Below, one piece after another: positions 52,354 through 63,128 of a stretch of DNA of 64,000 bases. Each line of letters begins with the position of its first letter. The stretch's first letter is position 1. The position numbers were made by a program, and so were the translations under genes. This DNA is from Desulfobacterales bacterium (GTDB taxonomy: Bacteria > Desulfobacterota > Desulfobacteria > Desulfobacterales > UBA2174), in the NCBI GenBank assembly GCA_963668645.2, contig CAXXWC010000003.1, positions 384,001 to 448,000 of the forward strand, given 5' to 3'. Below the pieces are notes generated by a model. That model made no database searches. It saw only the letters and a program-made list of their open reading frames with translations, and was not told where the DNA came from.

Positions 52354-52468
52354 CACCCTCACCTCCTCTGGCAGGCATAGGTTTCCCGATTGACCTACGC
52401 CGGCCATGCATCGTCGTTCTTTTTTGATTGTTCCAACAACGTAGCTTCTCCCTGCCCGGATAGACAGG

Positions 52469-53272
52469 TCACTTCCTGGTGCGTGTGCCCACGGTCATGG
52501 TCTCGGGCAGGGTGCTGCCGCCGTCGATGACGATCTGGGTGCCGGTGATGTAGCTGGCCTCTTGCGAGGCGAGAAACGCGGCCAGTTCTCCGACCTCCTC
52601 CGGTCGTCCCAGCCGCCCCAAGGGGATACCGGCCGCAATCCCGTCAATGACCCGCTCGGGGTTCTCGGGGTCGGATTCGTGGGCGGTGTGCTCCACCATC
52701 GGGGTACGGATATAGCCCGGACAGATGGCGTTGACGTTGATGCCGTCGCAGGCCAGATCCCGGGCAAGCCCCTTGGTCAGACCGATCAGGGCCGCCTTGG
52801 TGGTGGCGTAGGCGCTCATCCCCGCATCGACCACCAGCGGACCGGTGACCGAAGAAAGGATGATGATCCGGCCGTGGCCCTGGGCCCGCATCGCCGGCAC
52901 CAGCGCCCGGGTACAGTTCCAGACGCCGAAAACATTCACCTGAAAATGCAAATCGCGCAGGGTGTCATCCATCTCGGCAAAAAGCGCCAGGCGCGCCACG
53001 CCGGCGTTGTTGACCAGGATATCGACATGCCCTTCGGCCGCCAGGGCGGCCTCGGCGGCTTGCCCGCACTGGGCCGGGTCGGTGACGTCCATCTGCCGCG
53101 CCGTGGCGGCCAGGCCCTCGGCCTGCATGGCAGCGGCCGTAGCAAAAACCAGTTCGTTGCGGTCCCACAGTTCCACCCGCGCCCCGTGGCGGGCCATGAC
53201 CCGGGCGATCCCTTCCCCGTTGCCCATGGCCCCGCCGGTAACGACGGCGACGCGTCCGTCCAGCTTTCCCAT
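52469..53272 (-). CDS. ucpA: SDR oxidoreductase UcpA
   Basis: TGGAMGNG, NNAG, SSVTG, YATTK, ICPGYIRTPM and the C-terminal IDGGSTLPET characteristic of UcpA. Confidence 0.85.
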   Translation of the reverse strand: MGKLDGRVAVVTGGAMGNGEGIARVMARHGARVELWDRNELVFATAAAMQAEGLAATARQMDVTDPAQCGQAAEAALAAEGHVDILVNNAGVARLALFAEMDDTLRDLHFQVNVFGVWNCTRALVPAMRAQGHGRIIILSSVTGPLVVDAGMSAYATTKAALIGLTKGLARDLACDGINVNAICPGYIRTPMVEHTAHESDPENPERVIDGIAAGIPLGRLGRPEEVGELAAFLASQEASYITGTQIVIDGGSTLPETMTVGTRTRK

Positions 53273-53306
53273 ATCTCCTCCTGCGCCCTTGGCCGGCGCC
53301 TTGCGC

Positions 53307-54017
53307 TCACATGCCCAGATAGGCTTTCTTGACATCCGGATTGCCGAGCAGCTCGCGGCCGCTGCCCTCCAGAACCACCCGCCCGTTTTCCAGGACATAG
53401 GCCCGGTCGCAGAGATTGAGCGAATGGTTGACGTTCTGCTCGACAAGCAGCACCGGAATGTTCTGGCTCCGGATCCGAGGAATAATGTTGAAGACTTCCT
53501 TAACGAGCAGCGGCGCCAGACCGAGGGACGGCTCGTCGAACATCAGCAGCTTGGGCCGCGCCATCAAGCCGCGCGCGATGGCCAGCATCTGCTGCTCGCC
53601 GCCACTGAGGGTGCGCGCCAGTTGTCCGCGGCGCTCGGCCAGACGGGGAAAGAGCTCCAACACCTCTTCCAGGGTCTCGGCCAGCCGTGGCCGGGCACGG
53701 CGGTTGTAAGCGCCGACCATGAGGTTTTCTTCGACTGTGATGAAAGGAAACAGCCGGCGCCCTTCGGGAATCTGGACGATCCCGGCCTCGACGATCTCAT
53801 GGGGGGCAAGGCCGGTCAGCGGTCGGTCTTCGAAAAGGATCTGCCCGGCGCTGGGCGCCAACAACCCCGAGATGGTCCGGATCAGGGTCGTTTTACCGGC
53901 GCTGTTGGCCCCCACCAAGGCAACGATCTCACCGGCGTTCACCGTGAGGTTGACGCCGGCCAGGACCTGAACCTGGCCATAGAAAACATCGATATCACGA
54001 ATTGCAAACAGCGCCAT
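53307..54017 (-). CDS. HAAT/Liv ABC transporter ATP-binding protein (LivF-like), system 1
   Basis: GANSAGKTT, PEGRRLF, LSGGEQQM, DEPSLGLAP. Confidence 0.94.
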   Translation of the reverse strand: MALFAIRDIDVFYGQVQVLAGVNLTVNAGEIVALVGANSAGKTTLIRTISGLLAPSAGQILFEDRPLTGLAPHEIVEAGIVQIPEGRRLFPFITVEENLMVGAYNRRARPRLAETLEEVLELFPRLAERRGQLARTLSGGEQQMLAIARGLMARPKLLMFDEPSLGLAPLLVKEVFNIIPRIRSQNIPVLLVEQNVNHSLNLCDRAYVLENGRVVLEGSGRELLGNPDVKKAYLGM

Positions 54018-54732
54018 AATCTTCTCCCAGATAGGCTTCGATCACGCATTGCTCGGCACATACGGCCTGAGGGGATCCTTCGGCGATTTTCTCCCCGTGG
54101 TGCAATACCGCCACCCGGTCGGAGAGCGACATAACCACTTCCATCACATGCTCAATGATCAGAAGCGACATGTCCATCTCCCGGCGCAACCGCTCGACCA
54201 GATCGATGGCCTCGCGCGTTTCGGTCTCGTTGAGCCCGGCCATCACCTCGTCGAGCAGCAGCAGTCGCGGCCGGGTCGCCACGGCCCGGGCAATCTCCAG
54301 GCGTTTGCGGTCCGGCAGAGTCAAGCTCTTGGCCAAAGCGTCCTTTTTGGCCAGCAAACCGGTAAAGGCCAGGGTCTCCAGTGCCTGGGCCTCGGCCTCG
54401 GCCGGCGTCTTGACCCGCACGAAGGCCCCGACCATCGCGTTGTACAGCACGCTACGGTTCAAAAACGGACGCACCACCTGAAAGGTGCGCCCGATCCCGG
54501 CACAACAAATGTCCCAGGGCTTGAGCCGCTCGATGGAGCGGCCGTCAAAGGCTACCCGGCCGCTATCGCTGGGGATGGCACCGGTAATCAGGTTGAATAT
54601 GGTTGTCTTGCCGGCCCCGTTGGGTCCGATCAGCCCGACGATTTCACCGGGAGCGATCGTCAGGCTGAAAGCATCCACCGCCTTGAGGCCGCCGAAAGAC
54701 TTGGTCAGGTTTACGATCTCCAACAGGCTCAT
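53995..54732 (-). CDS. HAAT/Liv ABC transporter ATP-binding protein (LivG-like), system 1
   Basis: [29 protein letters not shown]. Confidence 0.94.
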   Translation of the reverse strand: MSLLEIVNLTKSFGGLKAVDAFSLTIAPGEIVGLIGPNGAGKTTIFNLITGAIPSDSGRVAFDGRSIERLKPWDICCAGIGRTFQVVRPFLNRSVLYNAMVGAFVRVKTPAEAEAQALETLAFTGLLAKKDALAKSLTLPDRKRLEIARAVATRPRLLLLDEVMAGLNETETREAIDLVERLRREMDMSLLIIEHVMEVVMSLSDRVAVLHHGEKIAEGSPQAVCAEQCVIEAYLGEDYGAVCNS

Positions 54733-55781
54733 GGTTCGCCCTCGCGCTGAGGCTGCACGGCCACGCCCCGCAGCCGGTTGACCAGGGCGTAATAGCCCCG
54801 CTCGATGGTCTGCATCATCCCGGACGGTTTGAAAAGCATCGCCAGGATGATGATCGTTCCGTAGATAAAAAGGTGAATACCGATAAACTGGCTCCCGGAA
54901 AGGTAGATGCGCGAAATCTCGCCGATGGGAACGAGAATCAGGGCGCCGATCACCGGCCCCAATAGGGTGCCACGACCGCCGATGATGGCGATAAAGGCGA
55001 TTTCAAAGGAAAGGTTGAGTGAGATGATCCCCTGGGGAAAGATGTAAAGGACCAGTTGCGCGTAAAACGTTCCGGTCAGCGCGGTGAAAAAGGCGCTCAG
55101 GGCCAGAGCGACCAGCTTGTAGCGCGTCACGTTGATCCCCAGCGACTCGGCCGCCTCCTGGTCCTCGCCGCCGGCCACCAGGTAGTAGCCGATGCGCGAG
55201 CGGTGCAGGCGGTAGCTCGTATAGATAATCAACCCGAGCAGGGCCAGGATGGTGTAGTAATACCAGGCCTTGGTGCCGAACTGGTAAAACAGCGGCGCAT
55301 GCCCGCGCAGCGGCACGAGCAGCCCCTGGACCCCGTTGATCTTGAGGCCCCAGATCTGCTGGGTGTTCTCGGTGATGATGCGCACCGCCTCGACAAAGGC
55401 GATGGAACTCAACGCGTAGTAGGCCCCGTGCAACTTGAAGGTCGGGATACCGATGAGCAGGGCCACCACCACCGCCACCGCACCGCCGGCGAGCATCCCG
55501 ATCCAGGGAGAGATCCCTGCGTGGATGAATAAAAGGGTCGAGGTATAGGCCCCGATGCCGGCAAAAACAGAATGCCCCAGCGGCAGCACACCGGCAAACC
55601 CGCCCACCAGGTTCCAACTCGCCGTCAGGCAAGCGTACCAGAGCACGAGGATAAAGACCTGGATGAAAGTGGTGCTCTGGATCACCAGCGGGTTGAGCAG
55701 CAGCAGTACGATGAAAAGAGCCGGCAGGTAGACTTCCGGATCGGTCCAGCGCACCTTGCCTGAAGCGATCATGTCTGGCAT
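54729..55781 (-). CDS. HAAT/Liv ABC permease (LivM-like), system 1
   Basis: [27 protein letters not shown]. Multi-TM. Confidence 0.93.
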   Translation of the reverse strand: MPDMIASGKVRWTDPEVYLPALFIVLLLLNPLVIQSTTFIQVFILVLWYACLTASWNLVGGFAGVLPLGHSVFAGIGAYTSTLLFIHAGISPWIGMLAGGAVAVVVALLIGIPTFKLHGAYYALSSIAFVEAVRIITENTQQIWGLKINGVQGLLVPLRGHAPLFYQFGTKAWYYYTILALLGLIIYTSYRLHRSRIGYYLVAGGEDQEAAESLGINVTRYKLVALALSAFFTALTGTFYAQLVLYIFPQGIISLNLSFEIAFIAIIGGRGTLLGPVIGALILVPIGEISRIYLSGSQFIGIHLFIYGTIIILAMLFKPSGMMQTIERGYYALVNRLRGVAVQPQREGEP

Positions 55782-55809
55782 GGCGGTTACTCCTTATAGA
55801 TGAGTTCAG

Positions 55810-56694
55810 TCAGGAATCTTTTTCGAAGCCGAAGATCCCCTGCGGCCGTGAGAAGAGCACCAGCAGGAAGACCAGGTAAATCAGAGCCGCAGACCAGGAC
55901 ATGTTCAGGTACTGGCTGGCCACCGACTCGATAACCCCCACGATGATCCCTCCCAGCAAGGCCCCGGGCACACTGCCCAGCCCCCCGAGCACGACGATGA
56001 CAAAGGCCCGGATGTCGTAAATGTCGCCGGCAAACGGATGCACATAGAGCATCGGCACGATGATGGCCCCGGCCACCCCGAGGGTGGCGATGCCCACTCC
56101 AAAGGCGAGGCGGTATACCCGGTAAATGTCGATGCCCATCAGGCTGGCCGCCTCGCGGTCCTGGCCCACCACCCGAATGGCACGGCCCATGTGGGTGCGC
56201 TTGAGAAACAGCGACAACAGTGCCGTGGTGGCCACGCTGATGACAAAGGCGTAAAACAGGGGCCGGCTGATCATCATCTCACCGATCTCGAATACCTGAT
56301 CGCTGTAAGGCGTCTTGAGAGACCGGAAATTGGCTCCGAAGATCATCAAAAAAAGGTTATTGACCGCGATCCACAGACCGGCGGTAAGCAGCAGCACCCC
56401 CACCGGCTCGCGCACGTCCCGTTCAGCCTTGAACACCGACTGGACAAAGACCACCTGGGAAAGATAGCCGATGATAAAGGCTGCCGGCACGACCATCAGG
56501 ATCGACAGGTACGGATCGAGGCCGCAACCGACGCCCAGGCCGTAGACGATGTACATGCACACCATGAGAAAGGTGCCGTGGGCAAAATTGATTATCTTCA
56601 TCACCCCGAAGATCAGGGTCAGGCCCAAGGCCGTCAGCCCATAAAGGCTTCCGGTGAGCACCCCGTTGATGAGGATTTCGAGGAAAAATTGCAT
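55810..56694 (-). CDS. HAAT/Liv ABC permease (LivH-like), system 1
   Basis: GLTLIFGVMKIINFAHG, AASLMGI, VVLGGLGS. Confidence 0.94.
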   Translation of the reverse strand: MQFFLEILINGVLTGSLYGLTALGLTLIFGVMKIINFAHGTFLMVCMYIVYGLGVGCGLDPYLSILMVVPAAFIIGYLSQVVFVQSVFKAERDVREPVGVLLLTAGLWIAVNNLFLMIFGANFRSLKTPYSDQVFEIGEMMISRPLFYAFVISVATTALLSLFLKRTHMGRAIRVVGQDREAASLMGIDIYRVYRLAFGVGIATLGVAGAIIVPMLYVHPFAGDIYDIRAFVIVVLGGLGSVPGALLGGIIVGVIESVASQYLNMSWSAALIYLVFLLVLFSRPQGIFGFEKDS

Positions 56695-56793
56695 CGGCTT
56701 GCGTCCTTTCGCCGTCCGGGCGGAGGGCCCCGCAGCCAGCGGCCCTCCGTGCCATCTCAATCGCCGTTGCCGGCTCCGACCACATCAATACGT

Positions 56794-58032
56794 CTATCGC
56801 TTGTTCCAGGGCGGCGTCGGCCACACGATGGCGGCGCCGGGCAGGGCCAGTTCGGAAGGATAGACGACCACACGTTTCTGGTTGAGGGTCTGGATCACGA
56901 CGCCGCGGGCGTGCATGTTCTGCCCCTTTTCGTCAAACTCGATACCGTAGGGGGTGATGATCCCCTTCTGGCCGGGAATCATCTTGATGTTGGCCAGCAC
57001 CCGGCGGATGTCCTTCGGATCGGTGGATGCGGCGATTTCCATCGCCTTGGCGAGAACGTAGGTCGACGTATAGCACTTGATGCAGTCGTCGCTCATGTCC
57101 TCACCGTAAGTCTTCTTGTACTTGGCGTTGGTTTCCCTGGCGATGGGCAGATCGATGTCCGGCGAGGTCTCGGCCAGGTCGAAGTAATAGTTAGACGCTT
57201 CACCCACGTTCTGGATAAAGACCGGATCGGCATGCCCGCCGGCGGTGCCCATGTAGACCATGGGGTTGATTTTCTGCTGGGCGATGCCCTTGGCCAGCAG
57301 GATGGCATCGGAGGTATACGAGGCGAAAAGCAGGGCGTCGGGTTTGGCCTGCTTGATCTTGCGCACCACCGGATCGAGGGTCGTGGAGTTGGACGGATAC
57401 GACTCGTCAAGAACCACTTCGAGGTTGAACTTCTTGGCGTACTTCTTCCACAACTCGGCCGAGGAGATGCCCCAATCCGAGTTTTCATAGATCAGGCCGA
57501 GAGTCTTGACCGGTTTTCCCGACAGGCGTCCCATCCGCTCCATGAAAGCGATCTGCTCGCGGCCGGAAAGATCGGTGGTCAGACAGACGCGGAAGGTGTA
57601 CTTGAAGCCGCGCTCGGTGATTTCCGGCTTGTAGCTGGACGGTACGATGTAAGGCACTTCGTACTTTTCGGCCACCTGGGTGCTCGGATAGGTCACGCTG
57701 CTCTGGTAGGCGCCCATGATCGACACGACCTTGTCCTTGGTGATCAGCCGCTCGGCCTGGGTCAGGCCGTTTTTGGGGTCACCGCCGCTGTCGGCCACCA
57801 CCAGTTCGATCTTGGCGCCGCCCAGCGAAGGAATCCCGCCGGCAGCGTTGATTTCCTCAACGGCCATCTTGTGCCCGTTGAGGGAGTTGACCCCGATGGG
57901 CGCCGCCGGGCCGCTGAGCGGCAGGAGGATGCCGACTTTGATGGTATCCTGGGCCACGGCGCTCGAGGAAAATCCGACGACCACCGCAATGGCGATCAAT
58001 AATGCAACAGCAGTCTGCTTCATGCTTTTCAT
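56794..58032 (-). CDS. HAAT/Liv periplasmic substrate-binding protein, system 1
   Basis: Signal peptide, IKVGILLPLSG, EEINAAGG, GAYQSS, ITERGFKYTFR. Confidence 0.93.
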   Translation of the reverse strand: MKSMKQTAVALLIAIAVVVGFSSSAVAQDTIKVGILLPLSGPAAPIGVNSLNGHKMAVEEINAAGGIPSLGGAKIELVVADSGGDPKNGLTQAERLITKDKVVSIMGAYQSSVTYPSTQVAEKYEVPYIVPSSYKPEITERGFKYTFRVCLTTDLSGREQIAFMERMGRLSGKPVKTLGLIYENSDWGISSAELWKKYAKKFNLEVVLDESYPSNSTTLDPVVRKIKQAKPDALLFASYTSDAILLAKGIAQQKINPMVYMGTAGGHADPVFIQNVGEASNYYFDLAETSPDIDLPIARETNAKYKKTYGEDMSDDCIKCYTSTYVLAKAMEIAASTDPKDIRRVLANIKMIPGQKGIITPYGIEFDEKGQNMHARGVVIQTLNQKRVVVYPSELALPGAAIVWPTPPWNKR

Positions 58033-58142
58033 TTCTCATACCTCGCTTGAGTCGCTTGTAAAGGTGAACGGATGTTTGGCTTCGACCACGCTTTAGAAAA
58101 TCACCCCCCTCCTCCTTTCCGTCTGATTTTACAGGCTAAGTC

Positions 58143-58850
58143 TCACAATCCGAGATAGGCCTTCTTGACCATGCTGTCTTCCATCAGCGAGGCGGCTGTT
58201 CCGCTCAGCACCACCTGTCCGTTTTCCAGGACATAGGCCCGGTCGGCCACCTTCAATGAGTGGTAGACATTCTGCTCCACGAGCAAGACGGCTATCCCTT
58301 CGTGCCGAATTTCCTTTACAACCTCGAAGACCTGCTTTACAAGCAGCGGCGCAAGACCCAACGAGGGCTCATCAAGCATCAGCAACCGCGGTCGGGCCAT
58401 GATTCCCCTGCCGATAGCCAGCATCTGTTGCTCTCCCCCACTCATGGTTCCGGCATGCTGTTTTTTCCGTTTTTCCAAGTGGGGGAAAAGCTCAAAAACC
58501 CGCTTGAGGGTCTTTTTTTTCTTTGCGCGTCCCTCAGCGGAAAAAGCCCCCAGCTCCAGGTTTTCCATCACACTCATGAAGGGGAAAAGCCTGCGAGCCT
58601 CCGGGATCTGAATCAGGCCCATCTCGACGATGCGGTGGCTCTTTTCGCCGGCGATCTCCTGATCCTTGAAGCGGATCGAACCGCACCGCGGTTTGAAAAT
58701 GCCGGAAATCGTATTGAGGGTGGTGCTCTTGCCCGCCCCGTTGGAGCCGATCACCGAAACGATCTCGCCGTTGTCGACCCCGAAGGAGACCCCGTAAAGG
58801 GCCTGCATATCACCGTAAAACGTGCTGACCCCATCAAGTTTCAGCAGCAT
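58143..58850 (-). CDS. HAAT/Liv ABC ATP-binding protein (LivF-like), system 2
   Basis: GSNGAGKST, MSGGEQQM, DEPSLGLAP. Confidence 0.94.
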   Translation of the reverse strand: MLLKLDGVSTFYGDMQALYGVSFGVDNGEIVSVIGSNGAGKSTTLNTISGIFKPRCGSIRFKDQEIAGEKSHRIVEMGLIQIPEARRLFPFMSVMENLELGAFSAEGRAKKKKTLKRVFELFPHLEKRKKQHAGTMSGGEQQMLAIGRGIMARPRLLMLDEPSLGLAPLLVKQVFEVVKEIRHEGIAVLLVEQNVYHSLKVADRAYVLENGQVVLSGTAASLMEDSMVKKAYLGL

Positions 58851-60663
58851 AATCCTCTCCTAGGTAGGCTTCGATCACCCGGCGATCGCTGGTTACCTCG
58901 CCCGGCAGGCCATCGGCGATTTTCTCCCCGTAATTGATCACCACGATCCGGTCCGACAGGCTCATCACCGCCCGCATGACATGCTCGATGATCAGCAAGG
59001 TGACCTTCTTTTGGGAAATCGCTTTAACCAGGTCGATGATTTCATCGGTCTCTTTGGGCGTCAGACCGGCCATGACCTCATCGAGAAGCAGCAGTTTCGG
59101 TTCGGTGGCCAGAGCGCGCGCCAACTCCAGGCGCTTGCGGTCCGCGATGGTGAGGTTTGCGGCACTGACGTCCCGGTAATTGCCAAGACCGACGAAATGC
59201 AGGACCTCCAGCGCCTTACGCTCTGCATCGCGGCGCCTGGGATACCGCGCAAAGGCGCCCACCATGATATTCTCGAGCACGGTCAGCGACACAAAAGGCT
59301 TGACGACCTGAAAGGTCCGGCCAATGCGCATGGCGCAGTAATGAAACGGTTTCTTGCGCCTGCCTGCCGACTTTCCAGCGATCTTCACCTTGCCGCGATC
59401 AGGCCTCAAAAAGCCGCTGATCAGGTTAAAGACGGTGGTCTTGCCCGCGCCGTTGGGTCCCAGCAAAGACAGAATTTCATTCTCATGCACATGGAAGGAA
59501 ACGTCGTTGACCGCCGTCAAGCCGCCAAAACATCGGCTAAGGCCCACGACTTCAAGCAGCCGTTTTGTGCTGTGCCCCCCGGCACGCTGGAGCTCCACCG
59601 GCATCCCAGAACGAAGCGAGGATGAAAAACCACGGGTAGCCCCCTCCCGGCTTGCAGCCGCGCCACCGGTCCATTTAGCAAAAAAGCGGCCATAGCCCTT
59701 CTGGAGCCCTTCGATGAGGCCTTTGGGCAAGTAGATCACCGCCACGATCAAGACCACACCGTAGATGAGCAGATTCAAACCGGCGAACTGCGGTCCGAGC
59801 CAGCCCCTTAACAGCACGTCCACCGGGGTGAGCACGAAGGCACCCAGGATCGGGCCGCCCACCGTTCCCAGGCCCCCGATGATGGAAAAAAGCGCCATGT
59901 TGATGGAGACCGAAAAGGAAAAAACCGAGTCCGGATCGATAAAAAGCAGATACTGGGCGTAGAAGGTTCCGGCCACCGAGGTGAAAAAGACGCTGACCCC
60001 CATGGCGATCAACTTGTATTTCAGTGTGTTGATCCCCAGCGCCTCGGCGGCCTCCTGGTTGTCACGCAACGCGGCGAAGTAATATCCGATCCTCGACCTG
60101 CTGATGGCCCGGGAGGTAGCGTAAACGGCCAGCAGAAAAAACAGCGAGATATAGACATAGCAGGTCTTATCGCGGAACATGAAGTTGCCCAAGCCCTCGC
60201 TGAAAGGGATGATAAGTCCCACGCTGCCCTGGGTGATGTCCCTAAAATAGACCGACAAGATGTGAAACACCGATCCGATGGCTACCGTGGCCAGGGCAAA
60301 AAAATGGCTTTTGAGCCTGAAACAGGGCAGACCGATGAAGATCCCCACCACCACCGCACCGATCGCACCGACGAACATGCCGATCCACGGGGAAAGGCCG
60401 TAGTTTAAAAAAAGCAGGGTAGAGCTATAGGCGCCGATACCGAAAAAAGCGGTGTGGCCCAGGGAGATTTGCCCGCAAAAACCGCCCAGAATATTCCAGG
60501 CACCGGCCATGGCGGCATGAAAAAACATCATCACCAGCACATCTTGTAAAAAGGGATTCTTCACCAGCAGCGGCAGCACGAAACCGGCCACGATTAACAA
60601 AACGGTCAGATAGACCCTGGGATTTTTAAGTACCACTGCGTCTTGCCTGGAGCTCGACGTCAT
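58834..60663 (-). CDS. Fused LivM permease-LivG ATPase, system 2
   Basis: N-terminal LivM TM domain (WNILGG, AAEALGIN), a linker, then GPNGAGKTT...LLDEVMAGL...VIEAYLG in one frame. Confidence 0.92.
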   Translation of the reverse strand: MTSSSRQDAVVLKNPRVYLTVLLIVAGFVLPLLVKNPFLQDVLVMMFFHAAMAGAWNILGGFCGQISLGHTAFFGIGAYSSTLLFLNYGLSPWIGMFVGAIGAVVVGIFIGLPCFRLKSHFFALATVAIGSVFHILSVYFRDITQGSVGLIIPFSEGLGNFMFRDKTCYVYISLFFLLAVYATSRAISRSRIGYYFAALRDNQEAAEALGINTLKYKLIAMGVSVFFTSVAGTFYAQYLLFIDPDSVFSFSVSINMALFSIIGGLGTVGGPILGAFVLTPVDVLLRGWLGPQFAGLNLLIYGVVLIVAVIYLPKGLIEGLQKGYGRFFAKWTGGAAASREGATRGFSSSLRSGMPVELQRAGGHSTKRLLEVVGLSRCFGGLTAVNDVSFHVHENEILSLLGPNGAGKTTVFNLISGFLRPDRGKVKIAGKSAGRRKKPFHYCAMRIGRTFQVVKPFVSLTVLENIMVGAFARYPRRRDAERKALEVLHFVGLGNYRDVSAANLTIADRKRLELARALATEPKLLLLDEVMAGLTPKETDEIIDLVKAISQKKVTLLIIEHVMRAVMSLSDRIVVINYGEKIADGLPGEVTSDRRVIEAYLGEDYAAET

Positions 60664-60676
60664 CAGGTTGCCTTTC

Positions 60677-61549
60677 TCAAGCAGTTTCTTTATGGCCGAG
60701 CAGGCCGGTGGGTCGGACAAACAGGATCAAGATAAAAATAATAAAATATATCGCCTCTTTAAGGTGAGGTGAGATAAAAAAACCGCTGAACGACTCCACC
60801 AGCCCGATCAGCAGGCCGCCGATCAGGGTTCCCACCATGCTGTTGTATCCGCCCAGGATCACGACCACGAAAGCCGTCAGGCAAAACAAACCGCCCACGG
60901 TCGGAAAAGCGTAGTATACCGGCATGATCGCCGCCCCGCCGATGGCCGTGCAGCCCACCCCGATGCCGAAAGCGATCTGATAGGTGCGGTTGACATTGAT
61001 GCCCATTAACATCGCGGCCCTTCTTTCCTGGGCCAGAGCCCGGATCGCTTTTCCCGTATAGGTGCGCTTTAAAAAGACGAACAATCCGATGATGACGGCC
61101 ACGGCGCTGCCGAAAGCGACCAGGCGCGTCAGGCCGACCATCAAATCACCGGACTGCAATACCGTTCCGGAGTAAGCGGTTTTGAGCGTCTTGTAATCCG
61201 CCTTCCACATCAGCAGAGCGAAATTTTGCAGAACCAGCGACAGGCCCACCGTGGCAAAAATCTGATTGAGTGCCGGCGCGTCCAGAATCGGCTGGATGAT
61301 GCAGCGTTGCACGGCCATTCCGAAAAGGAAAAACAGCGGTGCAACAATAACGATGCTCAGATACGGATCGATTCCCATGGTCGTGAACAGGTAGTAGGTG
61401 GTATACATACTGAGCATCAGAAATTCGCCGTGGGCGAAGTTGATGATCTCGATCACGCCGAAAATCAGACACAAGCCGATACTGATCAGTGCATAGATGC
61501 CTCCGAGCAGGATCCCGTTCAGCGCCAATTGCAAAATGGTCGTCAACAT
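60677..61549 (-). CDS. HAAT/Liv ABC permease (LivH-like), system 2
   Basis: GLCLIFGVIEIINFAHG, AAMLMGIN, VILGG. Confidence 0.93.
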   Translation of the reverse strand: MLTTILQLALNGILLGGIYALISIGLCLIFGVIEIINFAHGEFLMLSMYTTYYLFTTMGIDPYLSIVIVAPLFFLFGMAVQRCIIQPILDAPALNQIFATVGLSLVLQNFALLMWKADYKTLKTAYSGTVLQSGDLMVGLTRLVAFGSAVAVIIGLFVFLKRTYTGKAIRALAQERRAAMLMGINVNRTYQIAFGIGVGCTAIGGAAIMPVYYAFPTVGGLFCLTAFVVVILGGYNSMVGTLIGGLLIGLVESFSGFFISPHLKEAIYFIIFILILFVRPTGLLGHKETA

Positions 61550-61743
61550 GATCATTTCCTTCTGTCTGCCGCATCGTAACGCAAATAAGGAGAAGCCGGC
61601 CGCCACTGTTTCACCGGACCTCGATGGCGATCTAAAAGTGCAGGATCCGCCGGCCGGCTTCCTTCCTTTTCCGTTCTCAGAAAGAAGCACCATCCGCTTG
61701 GGGGCGAAACGTCAAGACGACATTCCGCCCGCGGTTTAGCGGA

Positions 61744-63000
61744 TCAGCTGGATGCTTTTCTTTCCTTCCAGGTGGGCAACGGTACGATGATCTCTTTGCC
61801 CTTGACGGCGGCCTCGGCCGGCCAGACGGTCCAGAGCTTGCCGTCCTGCCACTGCACGGTGACGAGCCTGGCCCGGGTGTTCTGGCCCGTTTCATCGAAC
61901 TTCACCCCGTAGCCGGTGACCGTTTGCTGGTTGGGGATGTCGATGGAAAGCGCCGCCCGGCGCACATCTTCGGCCTTGGTGGAGCCGGCCTTCTCCAGCA
62001 CCTGCCACAGCACCATGGTCCCCATGTAATTGACCGTGGGATAGGCCGAGGTGATCTCATGACCGAACACTTGCTTATACTTTTCCATCAATTCGCTCAC
62101 GCCCGGCGCGTAAGCCGGGTTGACGGCATCCGAAGGCGGGCAAAAGGAGGTATCCATCAGGCCGGCCACATCGTTGCCCAGCGCTTTTTGAAAATCGCCC
62201 ATGCTGGCACCGCCGCCAAGGCCGATAAACGCCTTGACGTTGAAGTTGAGTTCCTTGCACTGGCGCCAGAAAAGGATCAGATCCGTCAGATAGTTCGACC
62301 CGAGGAGGATATCGGGCTTTGCCATCCTCAGGCGCAGAATCATGGGCGACAGGTCCACGGCCTTGCGGTTGTAAAACTCTTTCACATCCAGCTTCAGGCC
62401 GACATCCTTGAGCAGACCGTCAACATCTTCAGCCAGGCTGCTGCCCATCAACGAGTCTTCGAAAATGCCGGCGATCTTCACCTTTTTATGGTCAAGGCCG
62501 AGTTTGTCACAAACGCCACCGCGAGCGACCTGGGCCGCCCACTGGGCATACCAGGCCGAACGCGGACAGGTCCGGAAGAGGTATTTGAACCCGCGCTCGG
62601 TGATTTTGTTGGAAATTGCCCCCAGTTCCCAGTAGACCTTGCCGTATTTCTCGGCCACCTCGCTGGCGACATAGCTGATGGAACTCGAATAAGAACCGAG
62701 GATGATGTCCACCCCTTCCTTGGAGATCAGACGCTCGGCCTCGGTCACCGCCGTTTGCGGGGTTACCGCGTCGCCTTTGACAAAAACAATCTGCTTGCCC
62801 CCCACCCCACCATTCTCGTTTTGCACGATCCTGGCCAGTTCGGCTCCCTGGAAGCTGTCGATGCCCAGACGCGCCAGATCTCCACTGAATGGGAACAAGC
62901 ACCCGATCTTCAACTGCTCTCCGGATGCCGCCGCCGAACCGCCGGCAAGTGTGATGCAGGCCAAAAACGTTACCGCCATGATGAAACCAGACTTTTTCAT
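61744..63000 (-). CDS. HAAT/Liv periplasmic substrate-binding protein, system 2
   Basis: Signal peptide after a GAGGAG RBS, LKIGCLFPFSG, GSYSSS, ITERGFKYLFR. Confidence 0.93.
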   Translation of the reverse strand: MKKSGFIMAVTFLACITLAGGSAAASGEQLKIGCLFPFSGDLARLGIDSFQGAELARIVQNENGGVGGKQIVFVKGDAVTPQTAVTEAERLISKEGVDIILGSYSSSISYVASEVAEKYGKVYWELGAISNKITERGFKYLFRTCPRSAWYAQWAAQVARGGVCDKLGLDHKKVKIAGIFEDSLMGSSLAEDVDGLLKDVGLKLDVKEFYNRKAVDLSPMILRLRMAKPDILLGSNYLTDLILFWRQCKELNFNVKAFIGLGGGASMGDFQKALGNDVAGLMDTSFCPPSDAVNPAYAPGVSELMEKYKQVFGHEITSAYPTVNYMGTMVLWQVLEKAGSTKAEDVRRAALSIDIPNQQTVTGYGVKFDETGQNTRARLVTVQWQDGKLWTVWPAEAAVKGKEIIVPLPTWKERKASS

Positions 63001-63128
63001 CTCCTCGTCTCCCCCATCGGTTATGGTTTGGGTGCTGCGCTGTTCGGCCACAGGCCCGCGGATCCGCTCCCCAGGTCAGGAAAAACCGGCCGCCAGCGCC
63101 CACCTTGAATTTTCCGCCGCCCGGCGGA

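Noticed and set aside
58093..58120. Strong orphan SD (AAAGGAGGAGGGGG) followed by GTG-ATT-TTC-TAA between the two transporters
   Set aside because: A three-codon ORF cannot be supported from sequence alone and could be chance.
61592..61661. Inverted repeat GAAGCCGGCCG...CGGCCGGCTTC after the binding-protein gene
   Set aside because: Most simply an ordinary intercistronic stem-loop of ABC operons. No second copy suggests a REP or MITE family.
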